The translations under genes were made by a program, and so were the position numbers. From a virus (taxonomy: Duplodnaviria; Heunggongvirae; Uroviricota; Caudoviricetes), in IMG/VR virus record IMGVR_UViG_2541047857_000014: 64,000 bases of DNA. One strand, 5' to 3'. The notes under the pieces are model-generated. The model saw only the letters and a program-made list of their open reading frames with translations, made no database searches and was not told the DNA's origin. Positions 17,627-27,692 of the stretch are shown piece after piece; positions within the stretch are counted from its first letter, which is position 1, and each line of letters starts with the position of its first letter.

Positions 17627-17851
17627 CTATCGTTCTTTGTTCTTACGGTAACGTTCAAGAGGAGATACATTTTTTCGTATCGTCTCTTTAACCTGCTCTC
17701 CCCGTAAAAACGTCCCATCCCTTAGCGTGAAAAAGTAACTGCCATCGCCCGACAACGACGGATAACAACAGAGCAAATCATCTTCAGGTACTGAATAACT
17801 CTCCCCTCTGTAACGAAACTGATAAACCACTTCACTTTCCGCTGCATACAT
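17627..17851 (-). CDS. hypothetical small phage protein
   Basis: 74-aa ORF with GGAGAAAG RBS 5 nt before the ATG. Confidence 0.5.
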   Translation of the reverse strand: MYAAESEVVYQFRYRGESYSVPEDDLLCCYPSLSGDGSYFFTLRDGTFLRGEQVKETIRKNVSPLERYRKNKER

Positions 17852-18018
17852 TTTGACTTTCTCCGTTTCCTCGTGGTCAATTCAGACAGCAATTCATCTT
17901 GTGAATGACATGGATGCCAGCGTTTACCATCCTCACCCATGATCCAGCCGTGACCGTAGTGCATTGCCGGGCTTTGTTTTACCAGCAGCGATGCAAATGA
18001 TGGTTCTTTCGTCAGCAT
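17722..18018 (-). CDS. hypothetical small phage protein (overlaps next gene by about 130 nt)
   Basis: ATG at 18018 directly after CII stop; frame stays open into the following gene, so the real end is uncertain. Confidence 0.35.
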   Translation of the reverse strand: MLTKEPSFASLLVKQSPAMHYGHGWIMGEDGKRWHPCHSQDELLSELTTRKRRKSKCMQRKVKWFISFVTEGRVIQYLKMICSVVIRRCRAMAVTFSR

Positions 18019-18025
18019 AAGCACC

Positions 18026-18535
18026 TCACAGCAAACCGAATGAAGCACCGAGGCCAGTCACGGTATCAACTGCACTCACCATCGCAGGATTAGCCTGTAA
18101 ACGGGCCTGCAATGAAACAGCCGCCAGCGCCATCAGTCGTGTTACAGAGTTAATGCTGCTGATAGCATCACGACGACCGGCACTAGTTTTTACATCACCA
18201 GATACCGCACCTGCTGCAACACGCCCGATCTCTGCAGTTGCGCTCATGACGTAATGCGGCAGTTTCTCTTTTGCCACCTCATTAATCGGTACACATGGCA
18301 GACAATGAATCTGTGCCAGAAAACCATCTACCAGCGTTGAATCTTCAGTCAGATCGGTAAGCAGCCAGATTTCTGGTGCGGTTAATAAATGAGGCTGAGC
18401 TGGGTTCAGCTTGTTCCGCAGAATCTGCACATTCATGCCTGCACGTTCTGCCAGTTGCACCAGGTTGTGACGCAGTGCAAAAGCCCTACAGGCTTCATCG
18501 AAATGCGGATGTTTGGAAATCTTGTAATCAAACAT
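18026..18535 (-). CDS. CII-like regulatory protein (phage 186 CII family)
   Basis: 169-aa ORF immediately downstream of the Apl/Cox-like gene; sequence ([43 protein letters not shown]) resembles 186 CII as I recall it. Confidence 0.65.
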   Translation of the reverse strand: MFDYKISKHPHFDEACRAFALRHNLVQLAERAGMNVQILRNKLNPAQPHLLTAPEIWLLTDLTEDSTLVDGFLAQIHCLPCVPINEVAKEKLPHYVMSATAEIGRVAAGAVSGDVKTSAGRRDAISSINSVTRLMALAAVSLQARLQANPAMVSAVDTVTGLGASFGLL

Positions 18536-18567
18536 GGTGCCCCCTTAGAAAGTTCCCATAATTGAAC

Positions 18568-18810
18568 TTACTTACCAACAATGACGCGGAAGTTGGAATG
18601 ACCGAGGGATTCACGGACCTGATCAGTTTTGTACATCAGATAACGAAGGCTTACGCGGCCTTTATTTTTTTCTTTCTTGACCATGTACTTAGCAAGTTGA
18701 CCATGGTGAATTTTTTGGTAAACAGAGCCACGGGAAATGCCCTCCCACTCTGCGAACTCTGCAGGCGTAGCCATCTCTTTTGGTACACGAATTGAAATAT
18801 CAGTACTCAT
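18568..18810 (-). CDS. Apl/Cox-like excisionase and transcriptional regulator
   Basis: 80-aa first gene of the early operon, divergent from the repressor gene. Confidence 0.6.
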   Translation of the reverse strand: MSTDISIRVPKEMATPAEFAEWEGISRGSVYQKIHHGQLAKYMVKKEKNKGRVSLRYLMYKTDQVRESLGHSNFRVIVGK

Positions 18811-18931
18811 AGTGCAGTATCTCTTACTTTGTGTGCGTGTTAGTTCGTTTTAGCTCGTCTCTTTAACTCTCACATCAAGAGACACGAAGACATTACGATC
18901 TTGATTCAAGATTGTCAAATGGAGATTACCA
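18811..18931. promoter_or_regulatory. divergent lysis/lysogeny promoter-operator region
   Basis: 120-bp gap between divergent repressor and Apl-like genes, as in P2/186 switch regions. Confidence 0.5.
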
Positions 18932-19564
18932 ATGTTAAACATCAGAATGGGTTCCGATACGGGAGGTAAGGCAGCTATTGAGAGGCTGCTTGAGGCTTAT
19001 GGATTCACAACTAAGCAGGCATTAAGCGAGCACCTGAATGTCTCAAAAAGTACTATGGCAAACAGAGTGTTACGTGACAGTTTTCCTGCTGACTGGATAA
19101 TTCAGTGTGCACTAGAAACCGGTGTTTCGTTACTTTGGTTAGCCACTGGACAGGGAAGCATGAAAGAAGGATACGAGTCTGAGAAAAGATCTCATAACGA
19201 GAACAAACAAGCAATTAAACCGTTATCCAAACTCATAACTCCATCTATTCCTAAAGGAACCTTGGAAAATGGACAACTCAGTATTGATGAAGAGATTTTC
19301 CTAGACCACAGCATATTACCTGCAGATTATGAAGAATCGATGTTCTTAGAAACCCCTACTGATTGTTATCTCATCGATAAATCAGTTAAACAAGTCAGCA
19401 ATGGATTCTGGCTTATCAATATTGATGGAATGATTATTATTGCAAAAATCATGCGGATTCCCGGCAATAAGATTGTAGTAAATCAAGATGAAGCGTCTTT
19501 CGAGTGCTCTGCCGATGATGTGGAAGTTATTGGGCGTGCAGTCAAAGTAATAAAGAGTATCTAA
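18932..19564 (+). CDS. immunity repressor (186 CI-like)
   Basis: 210-aa ORF with N-terminal HTH-like segment (TKQALSEHLNVSKSTMANR), upstream of and co-oriented with int. Confidence 0.7.
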   Translation: MLNIRMGSDTGGKAAIERLLEAYGFTTKQALSEHLNVSKSTMANRVLRDSFPADWIIQCALETGVSLLWLATGQGSMKEGYESEKRSHNENKQAIKPLSKLITPSIPKGTLENGQLSIDEEIFLDHSILPADYEESMFLETPTDCYLIDKSVKQVSNGFWLINIDGMIIIAKIMRIPGNKIVVNQDEASFECSADDVEVIGRAVKVIKSI

Positions 19565-19566
19565 AC

Positions 19567-20586
19567 ATGACTGTCAGAAAACAGCCAAACGGTAAATGGT
19601 TGTGCGAGTGCTATCCCAATGGACGCAATGGCAAGCGCGTGCGTAAGCAATTTGCTACGAAAGGCGAAGCCATTGCTTTTGAAAGCTTCACAATGGAAGA
19701 AGTGAACAAAAAACCATGGCTGGGGGAAAAGGAAGATCGGCGACACCTATCAGAATTAATTGAGCAGTGGTATTCCCTGTATGGTCAAACACTCGCAGAC
19801 CCCAAGCGCCTCATAGCGAAACTTAGAATTATCTGTAATGGTCTAGGCGATCCCATCGCTTCAGAACTGACAGCCGGTGACTTTACGAAATACCGCGAAG
19901 CACGGTTAAAAGGTGAAGTACGAAATGAAGATGGCACGTTTATGTCGCCCGTTAAGCCCCGCACGGTAAACCTTGAACAGCGCAATCTATCATCTGTTTT
20001 TGGTACACTGAAAAAGCTGGGCCACTGGTCAGCCCCCAACCCGCTTGCTGGGCTGCCAACATTTAAAATTGCTGAGAGTGAATTGGCGTTCCTGACCCCG
20101 GAAGAAATTAAACGTCTGCTGGATGCCTGCGCCGATTCTCAAAGCTCCAGCCTGCTTTTGATTGCAAAAATATGCCTGGCCACCGGCGCACGCTGGAGCG
20201 AAGCCGAAAACCTGCAGAGTCATCAGGTATCAAAATACCGTATCACTTATACCAAGACCAAAGGCAAGAAAAACCGAACTGTGCCTATTTCTAAGGATTT
20301 ATATGAAGAACTGCCTAAGAATAGGGGGAAGTTATTCACCCCATGCAGAAAAGCCTTTGAGCGTGCAGTAAAGCGAGCCGGTTTAGAACTACCAGAAGGC
20401 CAATGTACCCATGTTCTGCGCCATACATTTGCCAGTCATTTTATGATGAACGGTGGAAATATACTGGTACTGCGCGATATTCTTGGACATGCCGATATAA
20501 AAATGACGATGATTTACGCTCATTTTTCCCCAGATCATCTTGAAGATGCAGTAACTAAAAACCCATTAGCAACCTTGATGGATTAA
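19567..20586 (+). CDS. int: tyrosine integrase (P2/186 Int family)
   Basis: 339-aa ORF with C-terminal HVLRHTFASHFMMNGG...LGHADIKMTMIYAH catalytic motifs; adjacent to att repeat. Confidence 0.9.
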   Translation: MTVRKQPNGKWLCECYPNGRNGKRVRKQFATKGEAIAFESFTMEEVNKKPWLGEKEDRRHLSELIEQWYSLYGQTLADPKRLIAKLRIICNGLGDPIASELTAGDFTKYREARLKGEVRNEDGTFMSPVKPRTVNLEQRNLSSVFGTLKKLGHWSAPNPLAGLPTFKIAESELAFLTPEEIKRLLDACADSQSSSLLLIAKICLATGARWSEAENLQSHQVSKYRITYTKTKGKKNRTVPISKDLYEELPKNRGKLFTPCRKAFERAVKRAGLELPEGQCTHVLRHTFASHFMMNGGNILVLRDILGHADIKMTMIYAHFSPDHLEDAVTKNPLATLMD

Positions 20587-20590
20587 GCAC

Positions 20591-21814
20591 ATGCGCAACA
20601 TTATCGAATTAGAACAGATATCGGAAGAACTAAAAAAACATGAACTATTGCAACCCCCATTCATTGCCGAGGGAAAACTAATTTCTGACTTTTCTAAGAG
20701 AGTCGAGTGCTATTTAGAATTAATTGACTCCATTAGAAATAAATATCCTGACAACGAGATAATTAAACAAGTAAAGATTCGCACAAAATCAATAATATAT
20801 TTATCTGATAAAATAATAGAAACTCTTAAGCTATTTTTAATAGGAAATGTTAAAGAAGCTTATAAAAAATTCGATTTGGCAATTACCAAGTCATCAATGC
20901 ATACTCATCTTTATAAGATGACTGTTCCTCTAACTAAATTATGCAACCCACACACCCCTTTATTTCGCGTAAGGAAAAGTGAGTGCATCCTAAAACAAAG
21001 AGAAGAATTATTTCATATACCATTTAAAAATAGACATTTAGTTAGCGCACAAAGATTTTCTGTATCCGGTCTTCCATGTTTATATCTTGGAACATCAATA
21101 TTTGTATGTTGGCAAGAAATGGGAAAACCTGACTTTGATAAACTTTACATATCTTCCTTCATATCCGATAAAGAAAATTCAAATATAAGAATTTTAGATC
21201 TTGGGTACAATTTAACATCTGCACTTCGTACAAAACCGGGAGATCTTTGGTATTCATTCGAACAAGGTTCAGATGATGATTACGATCTAAATAATGATAA
21301 TTTCATGGATCAAATTAATGATAAAATTTCAAAGTTGATTGCATGGCCTTTAGTCCTTGCATGTAACTATACAAAAGATAATGAAAACGCAAGTTTTAAT
21401 AAAGAATACATAATACCAAACCTATTAATGCAATGGATTAGTAGTGACAGAAACAAAAATATATCAGGGATATCGTATCGATCAACAAAGATATTAAACC
21501 AAAAAGATAGCGATATTGGGATTAATGTAATTATCCCCCCAAAAATAGAAAACATAGTTGAAACCAATGATACCCACTGTCCTGTTTTAAAAAAAATATT
21601 TAGAGTTACAAACCCTGTTTCCTGGACTGTGTTTAGTACACTAGAAGCCACCCCCTATCTATACAAAAATAATTTTAATTTTTCGACCTATAATCCCGCA
21701 AAAGGATGGATTGAAGACTTTGATGAATCCCTTGTTGAACATTATGAAAATACCACTTTTAGAAAAGTTGAACTCCTTATTCATCAAATGATGAAGTATG
21801 AATATTTAAAATAA
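20591..21814 (+). CDS. RES-domain protein (putative NAD-targeting toxin/effector), 407 aa
   Basis: Segment LFRVRK...AQRFSVSGLPCLYLGTSIFVCWQEMG fits the RES domain pattern (R-x-FNxxG-x-P-x-LYL-x-S...E); ATG 4 nt after int stop; strongly AT-rich. Confidence 0.55.
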   Translation: MRNIIELEQISEELKKHELLQPPFIAEGKLISDFSKRVECYLELIDSIRNKYPDNEIIKQVKIRTKSIIYLSDKIIETLKLFLIGNVKEAYKKFDLAITKSSMHTHLYKMTVPLTKLCNPHTPLFRVRKSECILKQREELFHIPFKNRHLVSAQRFSVSGLPCLYLGTSIFVCWQEMGKPDFDKLYISSFISDKENSNIRILDLGYNLTSALRTKPGDLWYSFEQGSDDDYDLNNDNFMDQINDKISKLIAWPLVLACNYTKDNENASFNKEYIIPNLLMQWISSDRNKNISGISYRSTKILNQKDSDIGINVIIPPKIENIVETNDTHCPVLKKIFRVTNPVSWTVFSTLEATPYLYKNNFNFSTYNPAKGWIEDFDESLVEHYENTTFRKVELLIHQMMKYEYLK

Positions 21815-21929
21815 GAGTGGCGGCATAATGGCGGCAAAGAGTTAAAAACACATAAAACAAGGTAATACATCGTAAACTTAAGTGATTGAAAATTAACATA
21901 AATAGTTGTTTTGCAACATGTTATAATGG

Positions 21930-21975
21930 TATGTAGGAATTTCGGACGCGGGTTCAACTCCCGCCAGCTCCACCA
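21930..21975 (+). other. ssrA: 3-prime fragment of ssrA (tmRNA) forming the prophage attachment-site repeat
   Basis: atgtaggaatttcggacgcgggttcaactcccgccagctccacca matches the E. coli tmRNA 3-prime end as I recall it; no tmRNA body upstream. Confidence 0.7.
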
Positions 21976-22103
21976 ATCATGATTGGACGGTGTAAGGACA
22001 ACACCAACAAAAACAGGAAGTTAGAAGTCTCAGCAGGACACCGACCAGACGGTGAGGAGACATAAAAGGATACGCAAAGGAGCCGCGGCTCCGAAGTGAA
22101 ATG

Positions 22104-22128
22104 AAAGCCCGCTGATGCGGGCTTTTTT
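22104..22128 (+). terminator. rho-independent terminator
   Basis: aaagcccgc tgat gcgggcttttttg hairpin plus T-run downstream of the ssrA fragment. Confidence 0.55.
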
Positions 22129-22360
22129 GCTTCTTCTCTTTAGCCTGATTCGACACTCTCAATGCGGCCATAAACAACAACCCACTTTTCTTATACCGTA
22201 GCCTGTCCCCCTCTTCCTGCTTTCTAACCATAACAGATGTGAGCGTTTGCTATGAGCGATATATAGTCATTCGTACCCTCCGATACTAATCATCACAGAA
22301 ATTAATATATTCATTCCTTACTGAAAAGCTATGAAGTAGATATATAGGATTGGGGCGCGT

Positions 22361-22558
22361 ATGGCACTGGACAGTTATGCATCTCCGAATATTATTCCGG
22401 AGCTAAGACAACCGAATGCCGCAGCAGGTAAGATCACGCTAGGGGGGCTGGACAGAATGGCTGTTACGCCCAGTGTGAAGAAAAGAAGGCTAAGTATGGT
22501 AGAATTTCCATACGCACAGACCTTGTTATCCGACTATACAGCCTGGAAGGCACTATGA
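22361..22558 (+). CDS. small hypothetical protein (65 aa), translationally coupled to downstream nuclease-like gene
   Basis: Stop overlaps the ATG of the next gene (ATGA); weak RBS. Confidence 0.35.
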   Translation: MALDSYASPNIIPELRQPNAAAGKITLGGLDRMAVTPSVKKRRLSMVEFPYAQTLLSDYTAWKAL

Positions 22559-23343
22559 CAAATCTACAACTGGAAGAAAGATTTAGGGCGCTTGAGAAAG
22601 ATTACGATGCGCTCATTTCCACAAAATATACTGCGCAGAACGTTCTCACTCACACTATGGAAACCTATGTTGATTCTGGTAAATATAAAAACTGGATCGC
22701 CAGAGTGAAAAAGTTAATAGAGGACAGCTACGGAAAAGAGTCTGATTATTACAATGACTTCAATACTGTAAACAGCAGGTGGTCTTCTAATTACAATACA
22801 CTGATCAAAAGTTATAAACCGTTGTTTGATGCGGCGAGAGATGATCTTGCGCACTCTGCTGTCAGTACTAATACTCCTCAAGAAGGTTCGCCGCTGAGCC
22901 TCGTACTTAATATTCTTAACAGGTTTCCGACCTTTGTTCGCCAGTTAAAGAGGCGGTACAACGGCCGTGCGCCGCTTGAAGTTAATGATGAGTATGACGT
23001 ACAGGATTTGATTTATGCACTGCTGACGCTTCATTTTAATGATATTAGGGCGGAAGAGTATACCCCCAGCTTTGCGGGCGCGGCCTCAAGACAGGACTTT
23101 CTTTTGAAAAAAGAGAAAATTGTGATAGAGGTGAAGAAAACCCGTGAATCTCTGGGAGCGGGTAAAGTTGGTGGAGAGTTGCTTATTGATATGGCGCGCT
23201 ACCGCGCTCACCAAGACTGCGATACGTTGATCTTGTTTGTATATGACCCGGATTGCTACATAAATAATCCTTTGGGCGTGAAAACCGATCTGGAATCTAA
23301 AGACGCGGAAGGAAAAGTGAAGGTTGTTATTGCGCAGTTCTGA
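22555..23343 (+). CDS. PD-(D/E)xK nuclease-like protein (putative), 262 aa
   Basis: C-terminal half has D...(Q)DFLL...IVIEVKK spacing typical of restriction-endonuclease-fold motifs II/III; GGAAGG RBS. Confidence 0.5.
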   Translation: MTNLQLEERFRALEKDYDALISTKYTAQNVLTHTMETYVDSGKYKNWIARVKKLIEDSYGKESDYYNDFNTVNSRWSSNYNTLIKSYKPLFDAARDDLAHSAVSTNTPQEGSPLSLVLNILNRFPTFVRQLKRRYNGRAPLEVNDEYDVQDLIYALLTLHFNDIRAEEYTPSFAGAASRQDFLLKKEKIVIEVKKTRESLGAGKVGGELLIDMARYRAHQDCDTLILFVYDPDCYINNPLGVKTDLESKDAEGKVKVVIAQF

Positions 23344-23387
23344 CACGCTTAAGTGTCACCTTACAGGATTAGGTTTGCGGCCGTGCC

Positions 23388-23430
23388 AGCAGGACGAGCA
23401 TGAAAAAGGCCGCTGGCACGGCCGGATTTG
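23388..23430. terminator. bidirectional hairpin terminator between convergent genes
   Basis: 11-bp inverted repeat gccgtgccagc / gctggcacggc with about 11-nt loop. Confidence 0.5.
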
Positions 23431-23724
23431 TCATCTTTGCCAGGTCAAATCAAAATCTACGTGAAAATCCGCAGGCTTAAGCTCGCAACTGCCACCACGC
23501 CCAATTAACGACGTTATGTTTACAACGTTTGAACCTGTTGAGATGGCAAGTTGAGTGTCATCTGTAAACGTGATGATTAGCATTTCAGTCTGATGAACCT
23601 GTACTCCAGTTTTCTGAAAACCAATCTGGACAGATTTCACCGTTTTCCCAACCATTTCACGGGCTTGATTGATAGAGTAATTAGCTTCAACTTGTAGGTC
23701 ATTCCTGAACTTGGGTAGTGTCAT
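23431..23724 (-). CDS. hypothetical protein (97 aa) downstream of GIY-YIG gene
   Basis: ORF co-oriented with and downstream of the GIY-YIG gene. Confidence 0.4.
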   Translation of the reverse strand: MTLPKFRNDLQVEANYSINQAREMVGKTVKSVQIGFQKTGVQVHQTEMLIITFTDDTQLAISTGSNVVNITSLIGRGGSCELKPADFHVDFDLTWQR

Positions 23725-23934
23725 TTTACATCCTCTTTAGTGAAGTTTTCGCTATTTAAATCAGCAGCATTCCTTTTAAATCACTGGCATGTCAGCAGTG
23801 GATAGTCTGAGTGTAACGTCCAGTGAGGGGAATAAATATTGGTCAGACTTTGCACAAAAGAGCCAACTATCGCGGGCTCTCTCTCATCATGTGCGAAAAT
23901 TGACCACAATATGAAATCCAGTTCCATTCCGAAA

Positions 23935-24759
<825 letters not shown>

Positions 24760-24859
24760 TCAATTGACAACTTATAATCCCTACTAGTTAGCATTATGAT
24801 TTCCAGAGTGAGGAATATAAAAATCTCTGTTTCTGGCACATAACAGCCCTTAAGATCGT

Positions 24860-24915
24860 AGCTCGCCATCATGGGGTGTCGGGGGGCGGAGGTTCAAATC
24901 CTCTCGTGCCGACCA
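24860..24915 (+). other. tRNA-like 3-prime fragment (T-arm plus acceptor end), possible old attachment-site scar
   Basis: ggaggttcaaatcctctcgtgccgacca has a T-loop-like GGTTCAAATCC and ends in CCA; no complete cloverleaf upstream; followed by a terminator. Confidence 0.35.
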
Positions 24916-24930
24916 AAAATCCCTTAAGAA

Positions 24931-24956
24931 CCAGCCTATTATGGCTGGTTTTTTTA
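24931..24956 (+). terminator. rho-independent terminator
   Basis: ccagcc tattat ggctgg followed by TTTTTTT. Confidence 0.55.
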
Positions 24957-25156
24957 TGATTGTTTTTTATGCGGAGAAATACCGGGGAATAATTGGGGTA
25001 AAACACCTTTAGGCTATTCACTTAGCCTACCACCATCAAAATCTTTCCGAATGTATCCATCTCTTTTTTCTTATGCAGCTAAAACGAAGTCTTGATACTG
25101 TTTATTTACACAGATAAGAATAATACTGTCTACAAACGCAGTACAAAAGAAGTGTT

Positions 25157-25335
25157 ATGCGTATTGAGATCTCCATAGCCAAAGACAAAATGACCAAATG
25201 CCAAACGGCGCTGTGGACGCGTTAAAGGAAGAATTAACCCAACACATTGGCAAGCGTTATGACGATGTGGAGATGATCGTAAAAGCCACCAGCAACGATA
25301 GTTTTTCAGTTAGACATACTGCAGATAAAGATTGA
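25157..25335 (+). pseudogene. DinI-like gene interrupted by a frameshift
   Basis: Frame 1 from ATG about 25157 gives [14 protein letters not shown] then stops; the -1 frame continues [37 protein letters not shown] (DinI-like); break lies in an A-run. Confidence 0.5.
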
Positions 25336-25759
25336 GCTAAAACTTTCGTTCAGGAAACTCTGAATGATACCTGAGAGTCTACTGAAGAGTTGTTTGTTCA
25401 CTAGTTAGCACGTAGGAAATCATTCAATACTCGCACTATCGGAAGTTCACCAGCCAGTCGTAGCACGTCCTTGCAAACGACGTGCCTACGGTTTCAATCA
25501 CCTCTCACCATCAATTCTATCAATAATAATTAAACAGCGCCTAGACAAAATAAATAACAACAAGTCAACAACCTCGACAGGATGCCGATGGGATGATGAA
25601 GAGATAAGAAAGAATAACCAGTAAAGCCCTAAAACGTCAGCGTTCAGACGCGTTTTTTACTTAATCGGTAACAAATACGTTGTATCATAGCAAAATAAAA
25701 TGATTGTTCTAAATCAGATTAACTCCTCACTTTTGTACAATGTCGCTTACAGGTATACC

Positions 25760-27649
25760 ATGAAATCCGAGACGCTAACTGTCCAACAACTTTTTCAAGA
25801 CCGCCGACAATACTGTGTTCCATTCTATCAACGTGCCTATGTATGGACTCAGCAAGACCAGTGGTCAGCTCTACTGGAGGATATCCTAGAGAAAGTACAA
25901 TCCCGGCTCTCGGGTACAAAACCAACTCCCCATTTCCTTGGTGCGGTTGTACTGGAACCTCAATCAAAAAAAGGATTATTAGGTGTAGATTCCATACATA
26001 TTATTGATGGTCAGCAACGATTGACCACTCTTCAATATGTTCTGGCATCCATCCGATTAGCATTACGTGCTACGGATCTTTCCAGCTTAGAGGCTCTCAT
26101 TTCGCCTTGCCTGAAAAACTCAAACGAAGACACAATGCGAAATAAAGAAGTAGAACGCTTCAAACTGTGGCCAACTTTTCGGGATCAAACTCATTTTATT
26201 CAAAGTTTTAATGTTGAAAATATTGACGATCTCCGGGACGTATTCTCTGATAGTTTCACGCAGCATGGTACGTTGCGTAAGCATTTTAATCACCCGCCAT
26301 CACTAGAAGCATTATGTTTTTTTACTGAAGCCTTTATAAAATGGATTAAAATAGAAAACCACTCACCACAAGAAAATGCTGTAGCTCTAATTGAGGCTGT
26401 CTTAACAGATCTGAAACTGGTAAGCATATTTCTCGAAGCTGAAGATGATGCCCAAATAATTTTTGAAACATTAAATGGGCGAGGGGCGGAACTTCATGCT
26501 ACGGATCTTATTCGCAACTATATCTTTATGTGCGCTGAGCATGAAAATATTAATGCTATTGAATTATATGAAAATGAGTGGAAGAGCTTTGAAGATAAAT
26601 ACTGGTCGGAAAAACAACGCCGTGGACGTATTAATAAACCACGCATGGAGTGGCTAGTACATGCGACATTGCAATCAGAAAGGCAACGTGAAATTGATCT
26701 GTCTCGCCTTTACAATGAGTATCGTGATTATGTAAGTAAGGACTTGTCTTCACAACGAGCAGATCTGCAAGTAAAGCGCCTCAAACAATATGCATCACAA
26801 TATAAAGAATTGGTTGATGGTTTTGGCACAACCCCCATCTCACACTTTGGATATCGCATCGCAGACTATGATGTGACGACACTTTATCCGCTTGCTTTGT
26901 TCATTTCGATAGCTAACATCGCTGATGATGAGAAAGCAGCCATGTATAATGATCTTGTCTCCTACGTAGTACGAAGAGCCGTATGTGGCCTGACGCCAAA
27001 GAATTACAACAATGTATTTATGAATGTATTGCGGCACTTGGCTAAAACGGAAATTTCCAGTGTTGAGTTACGTAATATCCTCAATAACTTAAATGGCGAA
27101 GCCTCACGTTGGCCTGGTGACTCAGAATTTCTCAACGCTTGCATCAATGCTCCACTTTATCCTGGCAGGCTCGACGCACCGAAAATGCGCTCAATGTTAA
27201 CGGAACTTGAAAGAGAACTTTGTCGCCAAGTAAAGACAGAAAAGCCTGATGTTCCAAATCTTTCTAATCTCGATATCGATCATCTTATGCCTCAAAGTTG
27301 GTATTCCTGTTGGCCTCTCGAAAATGGTCGTATGGTGACAAATTCAGATGCTACGGTATTGAACCAAATTGTTCTGTCTGGAACCGATCTTACCCCTGAA
27401 CAGCTACTGGTAAGGAAACGGCAACAAGCGATATCTACTTTGGGAAATCTAACTTTGCTTAACCTTAGCGTAAACCGTTCTGTTCAGAATGCTGTATTTC
27501 TGAAAAAACGTGATGCTCTCATCGTCCACACCAATCTACGACTGAACATTCCACTTATAGTTAAGGATAAATGGGATGAGGATGAAATCCTGGAGCGGGG
27601 TAAAAAGTTGGGGGAAATTGCATTGAAAGTATGGCCAAAACACGATTAA
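25760..27649 (+). CDS. fused DUF262-DUF1524 protein, GmrSD-like type IV (modification-dependent) restriction endonuclease
   Basis: N-terminal PFYQRAYVW and IIDGQQRLTTL motifs (DUF262) plus C-terminal DIDHLMPQSW His-Me-type motif (DUF1524); ORF from 25700, probable ATG at 25760. Confidence 0.8.
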   Translation: MKSETLTVQQLFQDRRQYCVPFYQRAYVWTQQDQWSALLEDILEKVQSRLSGTKPTPHFLGAVVLEPQSKKGLLGVDSIHIIDGQQRLTTLQYVLASIRLALRATDLSSLEALISPCLKNSNEDTMRNKEVERFKLWPTFRDQTHFIQSFNVENIDDLRDVFSDSFTQHGTLRKHFNHPPSLEALCFFTEAFIKWIKIENHSPQENAVALIEAVLTDLKLVSIFLEAEDDAQIIFETLNGRGAELHATDLIRNYIFMCAEHENINAIELYENEWKSFEDKYWSEKQRRGRINKPRMEWLVHATLQSERQREIDLSRLYNEYRDYVSKDLSSQRADLQVKRLKQYASQYKELVDGFGTTPISHFGYRIADYDVTTLYPLALFISIANIADDEKAAMYNDLVSYVVRRAVCGLTPKNYNNVFMNVLRHLAKTEISSVELRNILNNLNGEASRWPGDSEFLNACINAPLYPGRLDAPKMRSMLTELERELCRQVKTEKPDVPNLSNLDIDHLMPQSWYSCWPLENGRMVTNSDATVLNQIVLSGTDLTPEQLLVRKRQQAISTLGNLTLLNLSVNRSVQNAVFLKKRDALIVHTNLRLNIPLIVKDKWDEDEILERGKKLGEIALKVWPKHD

Positions 27650-27662
27650 TGCAATTAATAAA

Positions 27663-27692
27663 ATGATTATAGTGGCCTTACATTAGTAAGGC
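27663..27692 (+). terminator. hairpin downstream of GmrSD-like gene
   Basis: agtggccttac atta gtaaggccgctact inverted repeat directly after the stop codon. Confidence 0.4.

Noticed and set aside
20591-21814. Classic RES-Xre toxin-antitoxin pair
   Set aside because: The gene directly upstream is the integrase and there is no small HTH ORF on either side; the protein is about twice the usual RES toxin size.
21930-21975. Intact tmRNA or tRNA gene
   Set aside because: Only the last roughly 45 nt of ssrA are present, with phage DNA upstream. The second tRNA-like element at about 24860-24915 also lacks a 5-prime half. No complete cloverleaf was found by eye.
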